Shown here piece by piece: positions 18,167-26,693 of a stretch of 45,414 nt of DNA (position 1 is the stretch's first letter; every line of letters begins with the position of its first letter). The notes under the pieces are model-generated. The model made no database searches. It saw nothing but the letters and a program-made list of their open reading frames with translations, and was not told the origin of the DNA. Position numbers and translations under genes: made by a program. This stretch comes from a virus. The stretch is from the UHGV virus genome UHGV-0206544; one strand, 5' to 3'.

Positions 18167-18371
18167 ATGTCCTCCGGTGGTTGCTTTGGTGGTGTGACGG
18201 ATGGAGTCGAACCATCTTCCATCGGTGCGATGCCGATTGCAGTACGCGCAGCGTTCCGCTACATGACTAGTATTTTCACAGTCGCCTATCTGCTAGCTCG
18301 CCGTTGAGCTTCGTCACACCCCAAAGCAACATCCTTTGGTCTCCCACAAGGGCGGGAGAAGTAACCCCATC

Positions 18372-18384
18372 AATGTTAAAGAGC
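18372..18384 (-). promoter_or_regulatory. nutL boxA-like element (GCTCTTTAACATT on the minus strand)
   Basis: Matches the boxA consensus (T/C)GCTCTTTAACAA. A candidate boxB hairpin TCTCCC-N8-GGGAGA lies just downstream. Confidence 0.4.
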
Positions 18385-18430
18385 TGAGACTCGATTCCTT
18401 GTCTCGGTGGTGCGTCCTGCTGATGGAACA

Positions 18431-18496
18431 AACAATAGCACTGAGTATTGTTAATAGCAATGCGTATTGAATCTAATTAATAGCAAATGCTATTAA
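18431..18496 (-). promoter_or_regulatory. oL/pL region: repressor operator repeats TTAATAGCAATGC and TTAATAGCA-AA-TGCTATTAA, with a pL candidate (-35 TTGCTA, -10 TATTGT on minus)
   Basis: Inverted-repeat half-sites TAATAGCA. The same motif recurs at oR (21141-21179). Confidence 0.5.
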
Positions 18497-18751
18497 ACAG
18501 TTGATAGCTAAATGAATTTAGTTTTTAAGAATTTGTATGAGGTGAGGATGTGAGCGAAAAATGAGCGAATTTTTGGTATGAGAGGATTAGCAATGCCGCA
18601 GTAACGCTATCAGAAGATGTGTCTGATTGTGGGTGGCGTTGTTTTTTTATGGTGACTGACGGGATTCGTACGGAATTAGAAATATGGACAGGGGGGGGTG
18701 ATGAAGACCGGTTACATTGTATTGAGCTTGCCGTTACGCCGATGGAAGGGT

Positions 18752-18780
18752 GTGCAAAAGAAAACCCGGAATGACCCGGG
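18752..18780 (-). terminator. rho-independent terminator ending the cI-cassette transcript (tImm-like)
   Basis: Minus strand reads CCCGG-GTCATT-CCGGG followed by TTTTCTTTTGC, 16 nt after the lipoprotein stop. Confidence 0.55.
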
Positions 18781-18795
18781 CATCTATTTGTTTTG

Positions 18796-19176
18796 TTAAT
18801 CAGCCCAACCTGATTTTGTGTTGATAGTTGACTCGGCCATGGTGTACTTCTGCACCTTGTCGTCTTTAAAGAGAATGGTCAGCTCTTTTTTGGTGCCGTT
18901 TGTTCCGTTATGGAACAGACCATAAAAAGGGATAAAGGAAGTGCCGTTAACTTTAACTTTGGCGAAGGCATACTTCCAGATTTCGTTACCGCCATCAGTG
19001 TAAGAAACAGCGTCAGGAGATCCGAACACTGACTTCACTTCAGCTTTGGTGGTTTTCCCCTCCTGGATTTTCGACTGAACGCTTGTTTCAGTCTCGTTTT
19101 TCAGTTGCTGATTTCCTGAAGATGCACATCCTGCCAAGGTTACTGTCAAAGCGACTGCCAGAGCTATTTTTTTCAT
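18796..19176 (-). CDS. outer-membrane lipoprotein with BamE/SmpA-OmlA-like domain
   Basis: Start at MKKIALAVALTVTLAGC (lipobox LAGC). Motif KTTKAEVKSVFGSPDAVSYTDGGNEIWKY resembles the SmpA_OmlA fold signature. Confidence 0.55.
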   Translation of the reverse strand: MKKIALAVALTVTLAGCASSGNQQLKNETETSVQSKIQEGKTTKAEVKSVFGSPDAVSYTDGGNEIWKYAFAKVKVNGTSFIPFYGLFHNGTNGTKKELTILFKDDKVQKYTMAESTINTKSGWAD

Positions 19177-19267
19177 TTCTAAGGTTCCATTGATTGCAAT
19201 CGGAAGCATCTTAACATTGTGTTTTGCACTGATAAAGAAAACCCGGCTTGGAGGCCGGGTTAGGGAA

Positions 19268-20242
19268 TTATTTGTTAACTTTAGCTAGCGCTGCTTCATA
19301 CGTTTCTTTTTCTTCAAACAGTTCAGACACTGCAAGTACCTTACCTATTTGTTGTCTTAGTGCTCTAACGCCAACCTCTTGTAAGAACTGATGGATTTTA
19401 TCTCCACGCTTCCCGTTTTCATCTCTGCTTTTTTTAGCAAGATCAAGTATCACGCCCTGACTTTTCGCCAATGGTGTGTAAATCTGCTCTATCGTTAATT
19501 TGCTGAAAAGGAAAGGGCGTCCTCTTTCTGGTTTGTTGAGTTGGTATATTTTGTACCATGCCTCATACAACTCATCTGGGAACTCTTTTTCATATTGTCT
19601 TGCCTCTTCCCGTACGTAGGCTTTGAAGGAATCAATAACTTCCTGTACTTCAGGCCTGTATCCTGCAATCGCATAACCAAGCCCCTTGAGCCCAGCTTTC
19701 ATTGATGCGGTAACAAGTCTTTGAGCAAGACTGGCAGATTTTGATCTTGAAGGTGGCAGAGCGCCAGCTCGGTCAGCATTAATCATTGCTGTAGCTATAT
19801 CACCGATAAGGGCAATATCGTAACCGTGCGCCTCGTCAGCCAGTGGATTTGGTGCTGAGTTTGGGACCGGACTTCGCCATTGAAAAATAAGCGGTTTTTG
19901 GAATTTTTCCAGCAGTAATGGATCAACAAAATCTGCCATATAATTTGTGTTTAGAAAACGGTCTACATCCCTGCCATGCTCACCGATTCCTAGTAATTTA
20001 GCTAGACCTGTTTTACTAACTACAACCGTTTTGTCATTATCATCAAGTACGTAACATTCTGCATCAATGCCGAAATCATCAACGAAGTTGCCCTTTCTGA
20101 TCGCTCTTAGTGGCTTACCTTCCCAGCGTTTTGCCGCTGCTTTTTTAGCAATCTCGGTACGCTGTTCTTTAGTAAGTGATTTTGCTCGAGCTACTCCACC
20201 TTTCGCCTTTCCGGTAGGTTTTATGTTCTCTTCATTAGACAT
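19268..20242 (-). CDS. P63C-domain-like protein in the immunity region (start alternatively at 20275)
   Basis: 324 aa from MSNEENIKPTGKAKGGVARAKSLTKEQRTEIAKKAAAKRW. AT-rich. Located between cI and oL. Confidence 0.45.
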   Translation of the reverse strand: MSNEENIKPTGKAKGGVARAKSLTKEQRTEIAKKAAAKRWEGKPLRAIRKGNFVDDFGIDAECYVLDDNDKTVVVSKTGLAKLLGIGEHGRDVDRFLNTNYMADFVDPLLLEKFQKPLIFQWRSPVPNSAPNPLADEAHGYDIALIGDIATAMINADRAGALPPSRSKSASLAQRLVTASMKAGLKGLGYAIAGYRPEVQEVIDSFKAYVREEARQYEKEFPDELYEAWYKIYQLNKPERGRPFLFSKLTIEQIYTPLAKSQGVILDLAKKSRDENGKRGDKIHQFLQEVGVRALRQQIGKVLAVSELFEEKETYEAALAKVNK

Positions 20243-20351
20243 ATGCAAGCACCATGTTGTGAAATGTGCTTGCATTTAATCACTGTATAAATAAACAAGC
20301 AAGCATTATTAATTAAAATATGCATGCAATTGATAATAAAAAAGGCCGCTT

Positions 20352-20378
20352 CCATGCGACCTCTTATCACCAATCCCA
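20352..20378 (-). terminator. possible terminator/attenuator between cI and the downstream cassette
   Basis: Minus strand reads GGTCGC-ATGGAA-GCGGCC followed by TTTTTTATT. The stem contains one G.U pair. Confidence 0.35.
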
Positions 20379-20392
20379 CCTAGGTCGGTATA

Positions 20393-21097
20393 TTAACCAT
20401 GCTTTCTGTATGTCTGTGGCATGCTACCAATAACCTTCCCGAAAACAAATATTCGGTTCATTTCATCCCCTTCTATCGGGTCCCAAGCTGTATAATTCTT
20501 GTTATCAGATATGACTAGGAGCTTGTCTTTTACTTTTTGCAGACGTTTAACATGGGATGTCTCATCGTAGATGAATGCATATATCCCGTCCCCATCAAAA
20601 TGCTGAACACTTATATCGACGAATAGCAAGTCGCCTGGCTCAATCGTGCCAGACATACTGTCTCCTCGAACGTTGATGATCCTAATCTGCTCTGCTTTTC
20701 TACCATTGAACATCCGGCGGGCATCTTCAACTGAATATTCCACGGATTTTAGAACCTCTACAAACTCGCTATTGATTGCGCCAGGTCCTGCACTCACACA
20801 AAAATCAAGCGCCTCAATGCGGAAAGTGTCGGAAGATACACCCTCTATTTTTTGCTTAGGGAGATATGGCGTCTGTCCATCATCTCGCATGGGGCCAGCA
20901 CCTGTAGAAAGCCACTCTGTTCTTACTCCAAGAGCGTTAGCAATTTCAACAATCTTAGTCGATCCGCGAGCATTGCCACTAGTAAGCCTCCAGATAGTTG
21001 GCTGCGCAACTCCAGACGCCTTAGCCAGAGCGCCCTGTGACATTCCTGATAATTCCATCGCCTGATTCAGGCGTTCTGCAAGGGTTTCTTTTTTCAT
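20393..21097 (-). CDS. cI: CI-like prophage repressor (HTH_XRE + S24 LexA-like peptidase)
   Basis: N-terminal HTH (LAERLNQAMELSGMSQGALAKASGVAQPTIWRL). C-terminal S24 domain with GDSM nucleophile and VKRL lysine. Confidence 0.85.
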   Translation of the reverse strand: MKKETLAERLNQAMELSGMSQGALAKASGVAQPTIWRLTSGNARGSTKIVEIANALGVRTEWLSTGAGPMRDDGQTPYLPKQKIEGVSSDTFRIEALDFCVSAGPGAINSEFVEVLKSVEYSVEDARRMFNGRKAEQIRIINVRGDSMSGTIEPGDLLFVDISVQHFDGDGIYAFIYDETSHVKRLQKVKDKLLVISDNKNYTAWDPIEGDEMNRIFVFGKVIGSMPQTYRKHG

Positions 21098-21140
21098 AAA
21101 TTTAAATGTATACGCTTGCGTATTGATGGTCAAAACACGT

Positions 21141-21179
21141 TTAGCTATTGCTAATGCCAATACTCATTGCTATTATTGA
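21141..21179 (+). promoter_or_regulatory. oR/pR region: operator repeats (TTAGCTATTGCTAATG, CATTGCTATTATTG) overlapping pR (-35 TTGCTA, 17-nt spacer, -10 TATTAT)
   Basis: Shares the CATTGCTATTA / TAATAGCAATG motif with oL. Lies between the divergent cI and cro genes. Confidence 0.5.
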
Positions 21180-21207
21180 TGTTGTGCAATACCTAAAGGA
21201 ATTAATA

Positions 21208-21423
21208 ATGACCAATAAAGCTATTCAAAAAGCTGTTGCCATAGCTGGAAGCCAGCAGAAACTCGCATCTCTATGCGGCGTTAAGCAGCCAACTGTATGG
21301 CGATGGTTGCATGGTGGTGGCATCGATGCTCGGTACATCACTGCAATCGTTAAGGCGACAGGAGGAAGGGTAAAGGCCCATGAACTTAGGCCAGATTTAG
21401 CAGAACTCCTTGCCGCAAGTTAA
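21208..21423 (+). CDS. cro: Cro-like repressor
   Basis: 71 aa with HTH (QQKLASLCGVKQPTVWRW). Divergent from cI. SD AAAGGAA. Confidence 0.7.
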   Translation: MTNKAIQKAVAIAGSQQKLASLCGVKQPTVWRWLHGGGIDARYITAIVKATGGRVKAHELRPDLAELLAAS

Positions 21424-21530
21424 GCAACACCGCTCTTTAACAGTTCTGGTCATCTTCTCCGCCCGTGTGGAGATAACACAACGCATCAAACGATGCGTAT
21501 TCAACTATTTAACTATGGAAATAATACGTA

Positions 21531-21812
21531 ATGGAAAACGCAAGTTACAGCAAACCATCTCAGCGCGATATCGACCGTGCTGAAACAGATTTACTCATCA
21601 ACCTCTCTACAGTCACTCAGCGTGGACTGGCGAAGATGGTTGGATGTCATGAGTCGAAGATAAGCCGTACTGACTGGCGATTTATTGCAGCCGTTCTGTG
21701 CGCGTTTGGGATGGATTCAGACATCAGTCCGATAAGTCGTGCATTCAGGCATGCACTGGAAGGAATCACAAAAGAAAAACGTCCAGTTGTTGGTAGCAAT
21801 CTGGACGCTTAA
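21531..21812 (+). CDS. cII: CII-like transcriptional activator
   Basis: Resembles the lambda CII core (GLAKMVGCHESKISRTDWRFIAAVLCAFG vs AEAVGVDKSQISRWKRDWIPKFSMLLAVL). Confidence 0.5.
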   Translation: MENASYSKPSQRDIDRAETDLLINLSTVTQRGLAKMVGCHESKISRTDWRFIAAVLCAFGMDSDISPISRAFRHALEGITKEKRPVVGSNLDA

Positions 21813-21995
21813 ACACACTGTGTTATGTCATTCACACAGGAGATATTTTAATGCGAAAGCGTAGAAAGTACCAGGAAAAAGAAGAGATTCGACACCCTGA
21901 TTCACCTGAAGGATTAGTGGTTACAGCAGCCAATAACCGTGCGTTCGCAGAGCGTCTTATTGGCGTTTACAGATTAGCCAAAGCAGGAGTGAAGA

Positions 21996-22808
21996 ATGGG
22001 CGTCGCTAGACTTGAAGACTATCGCAAACCTCCCAGCGAGGTTGTGGAGCATCGTGTGGCAGAACTCGACGATGGTTACACCCGGACTGCAAACACACTG
22101 CTGGAGGCTGTCATGCTCTCCGGGCTGACCCAACATCAACTACTGATCGTTATGGCTGTATGGCGTAAGACATACGGTTACAACAAGAAAATGGATTGGA
22201 TCGGAAACGAACAGTTTTCTGAGCTTACTGGCATGGCTGCTACCAAATGTTCTACAGCTAAAAACGAGCTTATCAGGATGGGTGTTCTCATCCAGGAAGG
22301 TCGTCAGGTTGGTATGAACAAGAATATTGCTGAGTGGAAAACGAAGATTAACCGAATCGGTAAAACATTTACCGAATCAGTAAAGATAACCTTTACCAAA
22401 TCGGTAAAAAGGTCTTTACCGAATCAGTCAAACACAAAAGACAATATTCAAAAGACAGAAAGAAAAGAAAACAAACAGTCATCTTGCGATGACCGCGAAC
22501 CGATTAAACCTGAAAAGCGAAAGACCGTTCGCATCAACTACAACGAGTATCTCGAAGCCTACAACGAAATCGTTGGTGACAGATTACCTCACGCTGTAGA
22601 GGCCAACGCAGAGCGTCAGCGAAAACTCAAGAAGCTGATTAACTCTCTTGCTACCAAAAACATCGACGGCTATCGGGCATACGTAAAAGCGTTCATGACC
22701 GCTGCAAGGCCATTCCACTTCGGAGATAACGATCGCGGCTGGGTAGCGACGTTTGATTACCTGCTGCAACCGAAAGTATTAACCGCAATTCGTGAGGGAA
22801 CACTATGA
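21996..22808 (+). CDS. replication initiator, lambda O-like N-terminal domain
   Basis: [37 protein letters not shown] matches the phage O N-terminal motif. Iterons lie inside the gene. Confidence 0.7.
   Translation: MGVARLEDYRKPPSEVVEHRVAELDDGYTRTANTLLEAVMLSGLTQHQLLIVMAVWRKTYGYNKKMDWIGNEQFSELTGMAATKCSTAKNELIRMGVLIQEGRQVGMNKNIAEWKTKINRIGKTFTESVKITFTKSVKRSLPNQSNTKDNIQKTERKENKQSSCDDREPIKPEKRKTVRINYNEYLEAYNEIVGDRLPHAVEANAERQRKLKKLINSLATKNIDGYRAYVKAFMTAARPFHFGDNDRGWVATFDYLLQPKVLTAIREGTL
22349..22433 (+). repeat. origin iterons: four ~19-bp direct repeats TTTACCGAATCAGTAAA (variants) followed by an A-rich tract
   Basis: Repeats at about 22349, 22368, 22392 and 22415; A-rich region 22433-22490. 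Arrangement inside O matches lambda ori. Confidence 0.65.
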
Positions 22809-24178
22809 GACAGGATATCGAGGCCAGCGTTATCGGCGGACTTCTCCTCGGCGGGTTAACGCCTGCAGCAAGTGACGTTCTGGCAACGCTAGAGCCGGAA
22901 GCATTCTCCATCCCGCTCTACCGGAAAGCATTTGAGGTGATCTGCAAGCAAGCGCGTAACCGAAACCTGATTGACGCTCTGATGGTTGCTGAGGAATGCG
23001 GTGATGAGCATGCTACCGACGTGATGATGACTGCGAGGTCATGCCCAAGCGCTGCCAACCTGAAAGGCTACGCCAACATGGTTGTTGATAACTATCATCG
23101 CCGTCTGGTTCTGAGTCTGATTAGCGAAATGCGTGAGCCCATCGAAAACGGAACCATCGATGCGTCATGTCAGGCAATGGACGAACTGGTAAATCGCCTG
23201 TCAGCCATCAGGAAGCCGCGTGATGAGATTAAACCTGTTCACCTTGGCGATATCATCACCGACTACACAGAGACGCTTGATAAGCGTCTGCGCAATGGTG
23301 AAGAGTCAGACAACCTGAAGACCGGCATTGACGAGCTTGATGCAATCCTTGGAGGAATTAACGCCGAAGACCTGATCATCGTTGCTGCCCGTCCTGGTAT
23401 GGGTAAAACGGAATTCTCGCTGAAACTGGCAGAAAGTGTCGCAAGCAGGACATTGCCTAACTCAGAGCAAAAGCGCGGGGTGCTGATTTTCTCGATGGAG
23501 ATGAGCGCATTGCAGATTGCTGAGCGAAGCATTGCCGGCGCAGGAATGATGTCTGTTAGCGCACTGAGAAACCCAACGCACATGAACGACGAGGCGTGGG
23601 GAAGGGTAGCTGAAGGAATGAGGCGTCTGGCTGACCTTGATGTGTGGGTTGTCGATGCATGTCGACTTTCGGTTGAGGAAATCAGGTCGATCGCAGAACG
23701 CCTGAAACAGGAGAATCCACACCTCTCTCTCATCATGGCTGACTACCTAGGCCTCATTCAGAAGCCAAAATCAGAACGAAACGACCTGGCTATTGCTCAC
23801 ATCTCCGGAAGCCTGAAGGCTATGGCGAAGGAGCTTAAAACCCCCGTCGTATCACTAAGCCAGTTATCCCGTGAAGTCGAAAAACGCCCTAACAAACGCC
23901 CAACCAACGCAGACCTGCGCGACTCAGGCAGTATCGAGCAGGATGCAGACTCAATCATCATGCTGTATCGCGAGGCTGTTTATGACGAAAACAGCCAGGC
24001 CGCACCATACGCAGAAATCATCGTGACTAAAAACCGGTTTGGTTCCCTGGGAACTGTGTATCAGGGATTCCGAAATGGTCACTTTGTTGGATGCGACCAG
24101 GAAGAAGCCAGAGCGAAATGCACAGCTGCAAGCCAGCCACAACAAAAAGGCAGGCGCTATTCAGGAGCCGACGTATGA
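22805..24178 (+). CDS. DnaB-family replicative DNA helicase
   Basis: Walker [14 protein letters not shown], motif [12 protein letters not shown], and C-terminal [19 protein letters not shown]. Confidence 0.85.
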   Translation: MRQDIEASVIGGLLLGGLTPAASDVLATLEPEAFSIPLYRKAFEVICKQARNRNLIDALMVAEECGDEHATDVMMTARSCPSAANLKGYANMVVDNYHRRLVLSLISEMREPIENGTIDASCQAMDELVNRLSAIRKPRDEIKPVHLGDIITDYTETLDKRLRNGEESDNLKTGIDELDAILGGINAEDLIIVAARPGMGKTEFSLKLAESVASRTLPNSEQKRGVLIFSMEMSALQIAERSIAGAGMMSVSALRNPTHMNDEAWGRVAEGMRRLADLDVWVVDACRLSVEEIRSIAERLKQENPHLSLIMADYLGLIQKPKSERNDLAIAHISGSLKAMAKELKTPVVSLSQLSREVEKRPNKRPTNADLRDSGSIEQDADSIIMLYREAVYDENSQAAPYAEIIVTKNRFGSLGTVYQGFRNGHFVGCDQEEARAKCTAASQPQQKGRRYSGADV

Positions 24179-24624
24179 ATACACGAGACAAAATACTCAA
24201 CCACCTTGAAACACACGCCCACGCATCCCTCGCAGAACTTCGAAGAATACCCAACACAAACCGAGACACCGTAGCCATTACTCTCAAGGAGATGGTTCAG
24301 GCCGGTGACGTCGAATTCTACATCGCCAAAAACAGGGCAAAGCGATATCGCCTGACTGGATACCCTAAGCGCTTTGAGCCGGTAGTCGAATATCTGGAGC
24401 ATCACGAAGAGGCATTCGCATCTGACCTCGCTGAACACACGGGATTGGATAAGCAGCACATGGCGAAAATTCTAAAGGACATGCATGAGCAGGGCGAGAT
24501 TTACCGCGACTGGAGCGATCGAAGGAAGACGTGGGTATACAGCAGAAAGCGTGCCATTAACTGGGGATGCGCTAACCCACTGACTGCATTTATCAACAAG
24601 GCATTAAGAGAGGTACGGACATGA
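24175..24624 (+). CDS. winged-helix protein (DUF977-like)
   Basis: Start ATGA-coupled to the helicase stop. 149 aa. Confidence 0.35.
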   Translation: MNTRDKILNHLETHAHASLAELRRIPNTNRDTVAITLKEMVQAGDVEFYIAKNRAKRYRLTGYPKRFEPVVEYLEHHEEAFASDLAEHTGLDKQHMAKILKDMHEQGEIYRDWSDRRKTWVYSRKRAINWGCANPLTAFINKALREVRT

Positions 24625-25010
24625 AACCAACGTATGAAGAATTAGAGGCCAAACTTTCAGCCGCTGAAAACAACGAGCTCGATGCTAGGTGCCATATTGC
24701 TGAACTGAAGGATGAAAACGAGTACATCCGCAACCGATTCAAAGAGCTTGATCGCATGTTCGGGAAGAACCTTCTCGTTATGCAGGCGGCGATTATTGAC
24801 TGGCGAGTGACCGGAGATGCGAAGGAAGGTATGGAATGGATTTTTAACACGCTTCTTGGCCCAGGTGAGTTGCCAAGCGAAGAAGAAAAAGATGCCCAAG
24901 CATATTTCGATCGTGAGTATGCACAAATCGATGCAGAACTGATGGAGCTTCATCAGTGGTTTTACGAACGATACAAGAAGTCCCATGCCGCTAACACCCC
25001 AGCACGCTGA
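24621..25010 (+). CDS. Ead/Ea22-like protein
   Basis: N-terminus [17 protein letters not shown] is paralogous to 13937..14509. Confidence 0.45.
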   Translation: MKPTYEELEAKLSAAENNELDARCHIAELKDENEYIRNRFKELDRMFGKNLLVMQAAIIDWRVTGDAKEGMEWIFNTLLGPGELPSEEEKDAQAYFDREYAQIDAELMELHQWFYERYKKSHAANTPAR

Positions 25011-25022
25011 TGGAGAGGAAAG

Positions 25023-25217
25023 ATGAACAAGAAGAAAGCAGACAAGTTATTTCAGGAAGCAATGATGGCAGTACACGCAGCAGGTGAAGACCGCGTTAAC
25101 TATTGCCTCAGCTTTGTACGTGGCTATCTGGATAGCGTTGGCAAAACCGAGATGCTTCACGAATGGGATGACGGAACGATGCGCGTGAAGATGACAATTG
25201 GCGAGCAGGTTCATTGA
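25023..25217 (+). CDS. hypothetical protein
   Basis: 64 aa. Preceded by a TGATGGAGAGGAA coupling motif. Confidence 0.3.
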   Translation: MNKKKADKLFQEAMMAVHAAGEDRVNYCLSFVRGYLDSVGKTEMLHEWDDGTMRVKMTIGEQVH

Positions 25218-25519
25218 TGGAGAGGAATATGGACAAATCAAGAAAGCAGTTTGAAACAGAAATGGCAAAGCTAGGCGACTGCGTAGATATGCGCAGAGCA
25301 AAGAATGGCAATGAGGAATACATGTCATGGGATGTAGGCCTAGCCTGGAAATTCTGGAACCTGTCTCGCTCCGCTATCGAGATAAAAGCACCGCGCTTTA
25401 TCAGCAGCAGAGAAGCGCTAGCCAAAGGATACACAGTGGATTATTCCAATGGCTTCGGTGATGGAATGGATGCTTATGAAGAAGCCATTTGCGCCGCTGG
25501 AATCAAAGTGAAGGAGTGA
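25214..25519 (+). CDS. hypothetical protein
   Basis: 101 aa. The same coupling motif TGATGGAGAGGAA lies upstream. Confidence 0.35.
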   Translation: MMERNMDKSRKQFETEMAKLGDCVDMRRAKNGNEEYMSWDVGLAWKFWNLSRSAIEIKAPRFISSREALAKGYTVDYSNGFGDGMDAYEEAICAAGIKVKE

Positions 25520-25521
25520 GT

Positions 25522-25707
25522 ATGAGCTTACCAAAACCATGTCCATTCTGCGGAAGCGGAGACGTCAGTATAGATAGTTACTTCGATGAGGCTTGGTTCT
25601 ACGTCTGCTGTCGCGAGTGTGCTGCAAGTGGACCCGAAGATTCAACGGAAGTTAAAGCGGCTTTAGCTTGGAACCGGAGAGCGGGAGATGAAGAAAATAA
25701 CGTTTGA
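25522..25707 (+). CDS. lar: Lar-family restriction alleviation protein
   Basis: MSLPKPCPFCGSGD...CCREC...ALAWNRRA zinc-ribbon signature. SD AAGGAG. Confidence 0.55.
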   Translation: MSLPKPCPFCGSGDVSIDSYFDEAWFYVCCRECAASGPEDSTEVKAALAWNRRAGDEENNV

Positions 25708-26125
25708 ACTAAGAAGCCCCATTCATCAGCAGAACGCAATTCAAGCCATACAGCAAATTTTACCCTCCTACGACAAGCCAATCATTGTGACCATTCAGGA
25801 ACGCAACCGCAGTATTGACCAAAACAGGAAACTTTGGGCTTGCTTAGGTGATGTCTCGCGCCAAGTTAACTGGCATGGTCGATGGCTTGATGCTGAAAGC
25901 TGGAAGTGCATCTTCACCGCAGCGTTAAAGCAGCAGGATGTGGTTCCTAACCTTAACGGTGATGGATTCGTTGTGATAGGCCAGTCAACCAGCAAGATGC
26001 GCGTCGGTGAATTTGCAGAGCTTCTGGAGCTTATTCAGGAATTCGGTGTAGAGCATGGCGTTCGTTGGTCTGATGAAGCTAGGTTAGCTCTGGAGTGGAA
26101 ATCCAGATTCGGAGATGCGGCATGA
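25688..26125 (+). CDS. ninB: NinB/Orf recombination protein
   Basis: [30 protein letters not shown] is characteristic of the NinB family. Confidence 0.75.
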   Translation: MKKITFELRSPIHQQNAIQAIQQILPSYDKPIIVTIQERNRSIDQNRKLWACLGDVSRQVNWHGRWLDAESWKCIFTAALKQQDVVPNLNGDGFVVIGQSTSKMRVGEFAELLELIQEFGVEHGVRWSDEARLALEWKSRFGDAA

Positions 26126-26298
26126 TTCGATGCGACCGATGCGGCGAGCGCAAAGACGACTATCGATTTCGACCTGGGCAACCGTACTGGCATCGATGGT
26201 GTATTCGGTGTGAAAGGTCACCGGTAGGTGATTTCCCACAGCCAGAGACAAAGGAGGATGTGTGGCACGACGAACATACTTCTACCACTCACCTATGA
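26095..26298 (+). CDS. small Cys-rich hypothetical protein
   Basis: CDRCGE...CIRC zinc-ribbon-like. Confidence 0.3.
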   Translation: MEIQIRRCGMIRCDRCGERKDDYRFRPGQPYWHRWCIRCERSPVGDFPQPETKEDVWHDEHTSTTHL

Positions 26299-26465
26299 CC
26301 ACAGACGAAGCCAATCAACTAATCACTCTCTACCACTCCCGCAACGTAAAGACCACAAAGCACCTTAGCGCCGACCCACGCCTGTGGATAGTCGGAGCCT
26401 TGTTGCCCGAGTACGCCAGCGAGCCAAAGGGTAGGAGTCAATTTCAATCGAGGATTTGGCAATGA
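26262..26465 (+). CDS. hypothetical protein
   Basis: 67 aa. Confidence 0.25.
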   Translation: MARRTYFYHSPMTTDEANQLITLYHSRNVKTTKHLSADPRLWIVGALLPEYASEPKGRSQFQSRIWQ

Positions 26466-26693
26466 TTACTTCACTAGACGATGACTACGCAGACCGACTC
26501 GCTGACCTTCTCGAAGATATGGAAGGTGACGGAGTTGACTCTGTCGGAATGATTATGAACTGGGTAGCCGGATATGTGCAGGGAAAGTTATAGGGCAGAG
26601 ACGCTCAGGCATACATATACCAGTTCGAAGATGCCGACATGATTATCCAGTTACAGGAACCTGAAGAAACCACAGCAGCGAGGTTGCATTGAT

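Noticed and set aside
18187-18322. Possible tRNA gene on the minus strand in the N leader (T-arm-like GATGG-TTCGACT-CCATC and a ...ACCA end)
   Set aside because: The span between the putative acceptor strands is about 130 nt and no anticodon arm can be formed. Kept only as an inverted-repeat observation.
20393-21160. cI start at the first ATG (21160)
   Set aside because: It would extend the protein 21 aa into the operator region. The internal M (21097) gives the canonical about 10-aa lead before the HTH and allows leaderless pRM-type expression.
21850-21909. Apparent small gene with a good SD (CACAGGAG) upstream of the O-like gene
   Set aside because: A careful reading shows a TGA after 19 codons (MRKRRKYQEKEEIRHPDFT*). 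The longer ORF I first read was a frame slip on my part.
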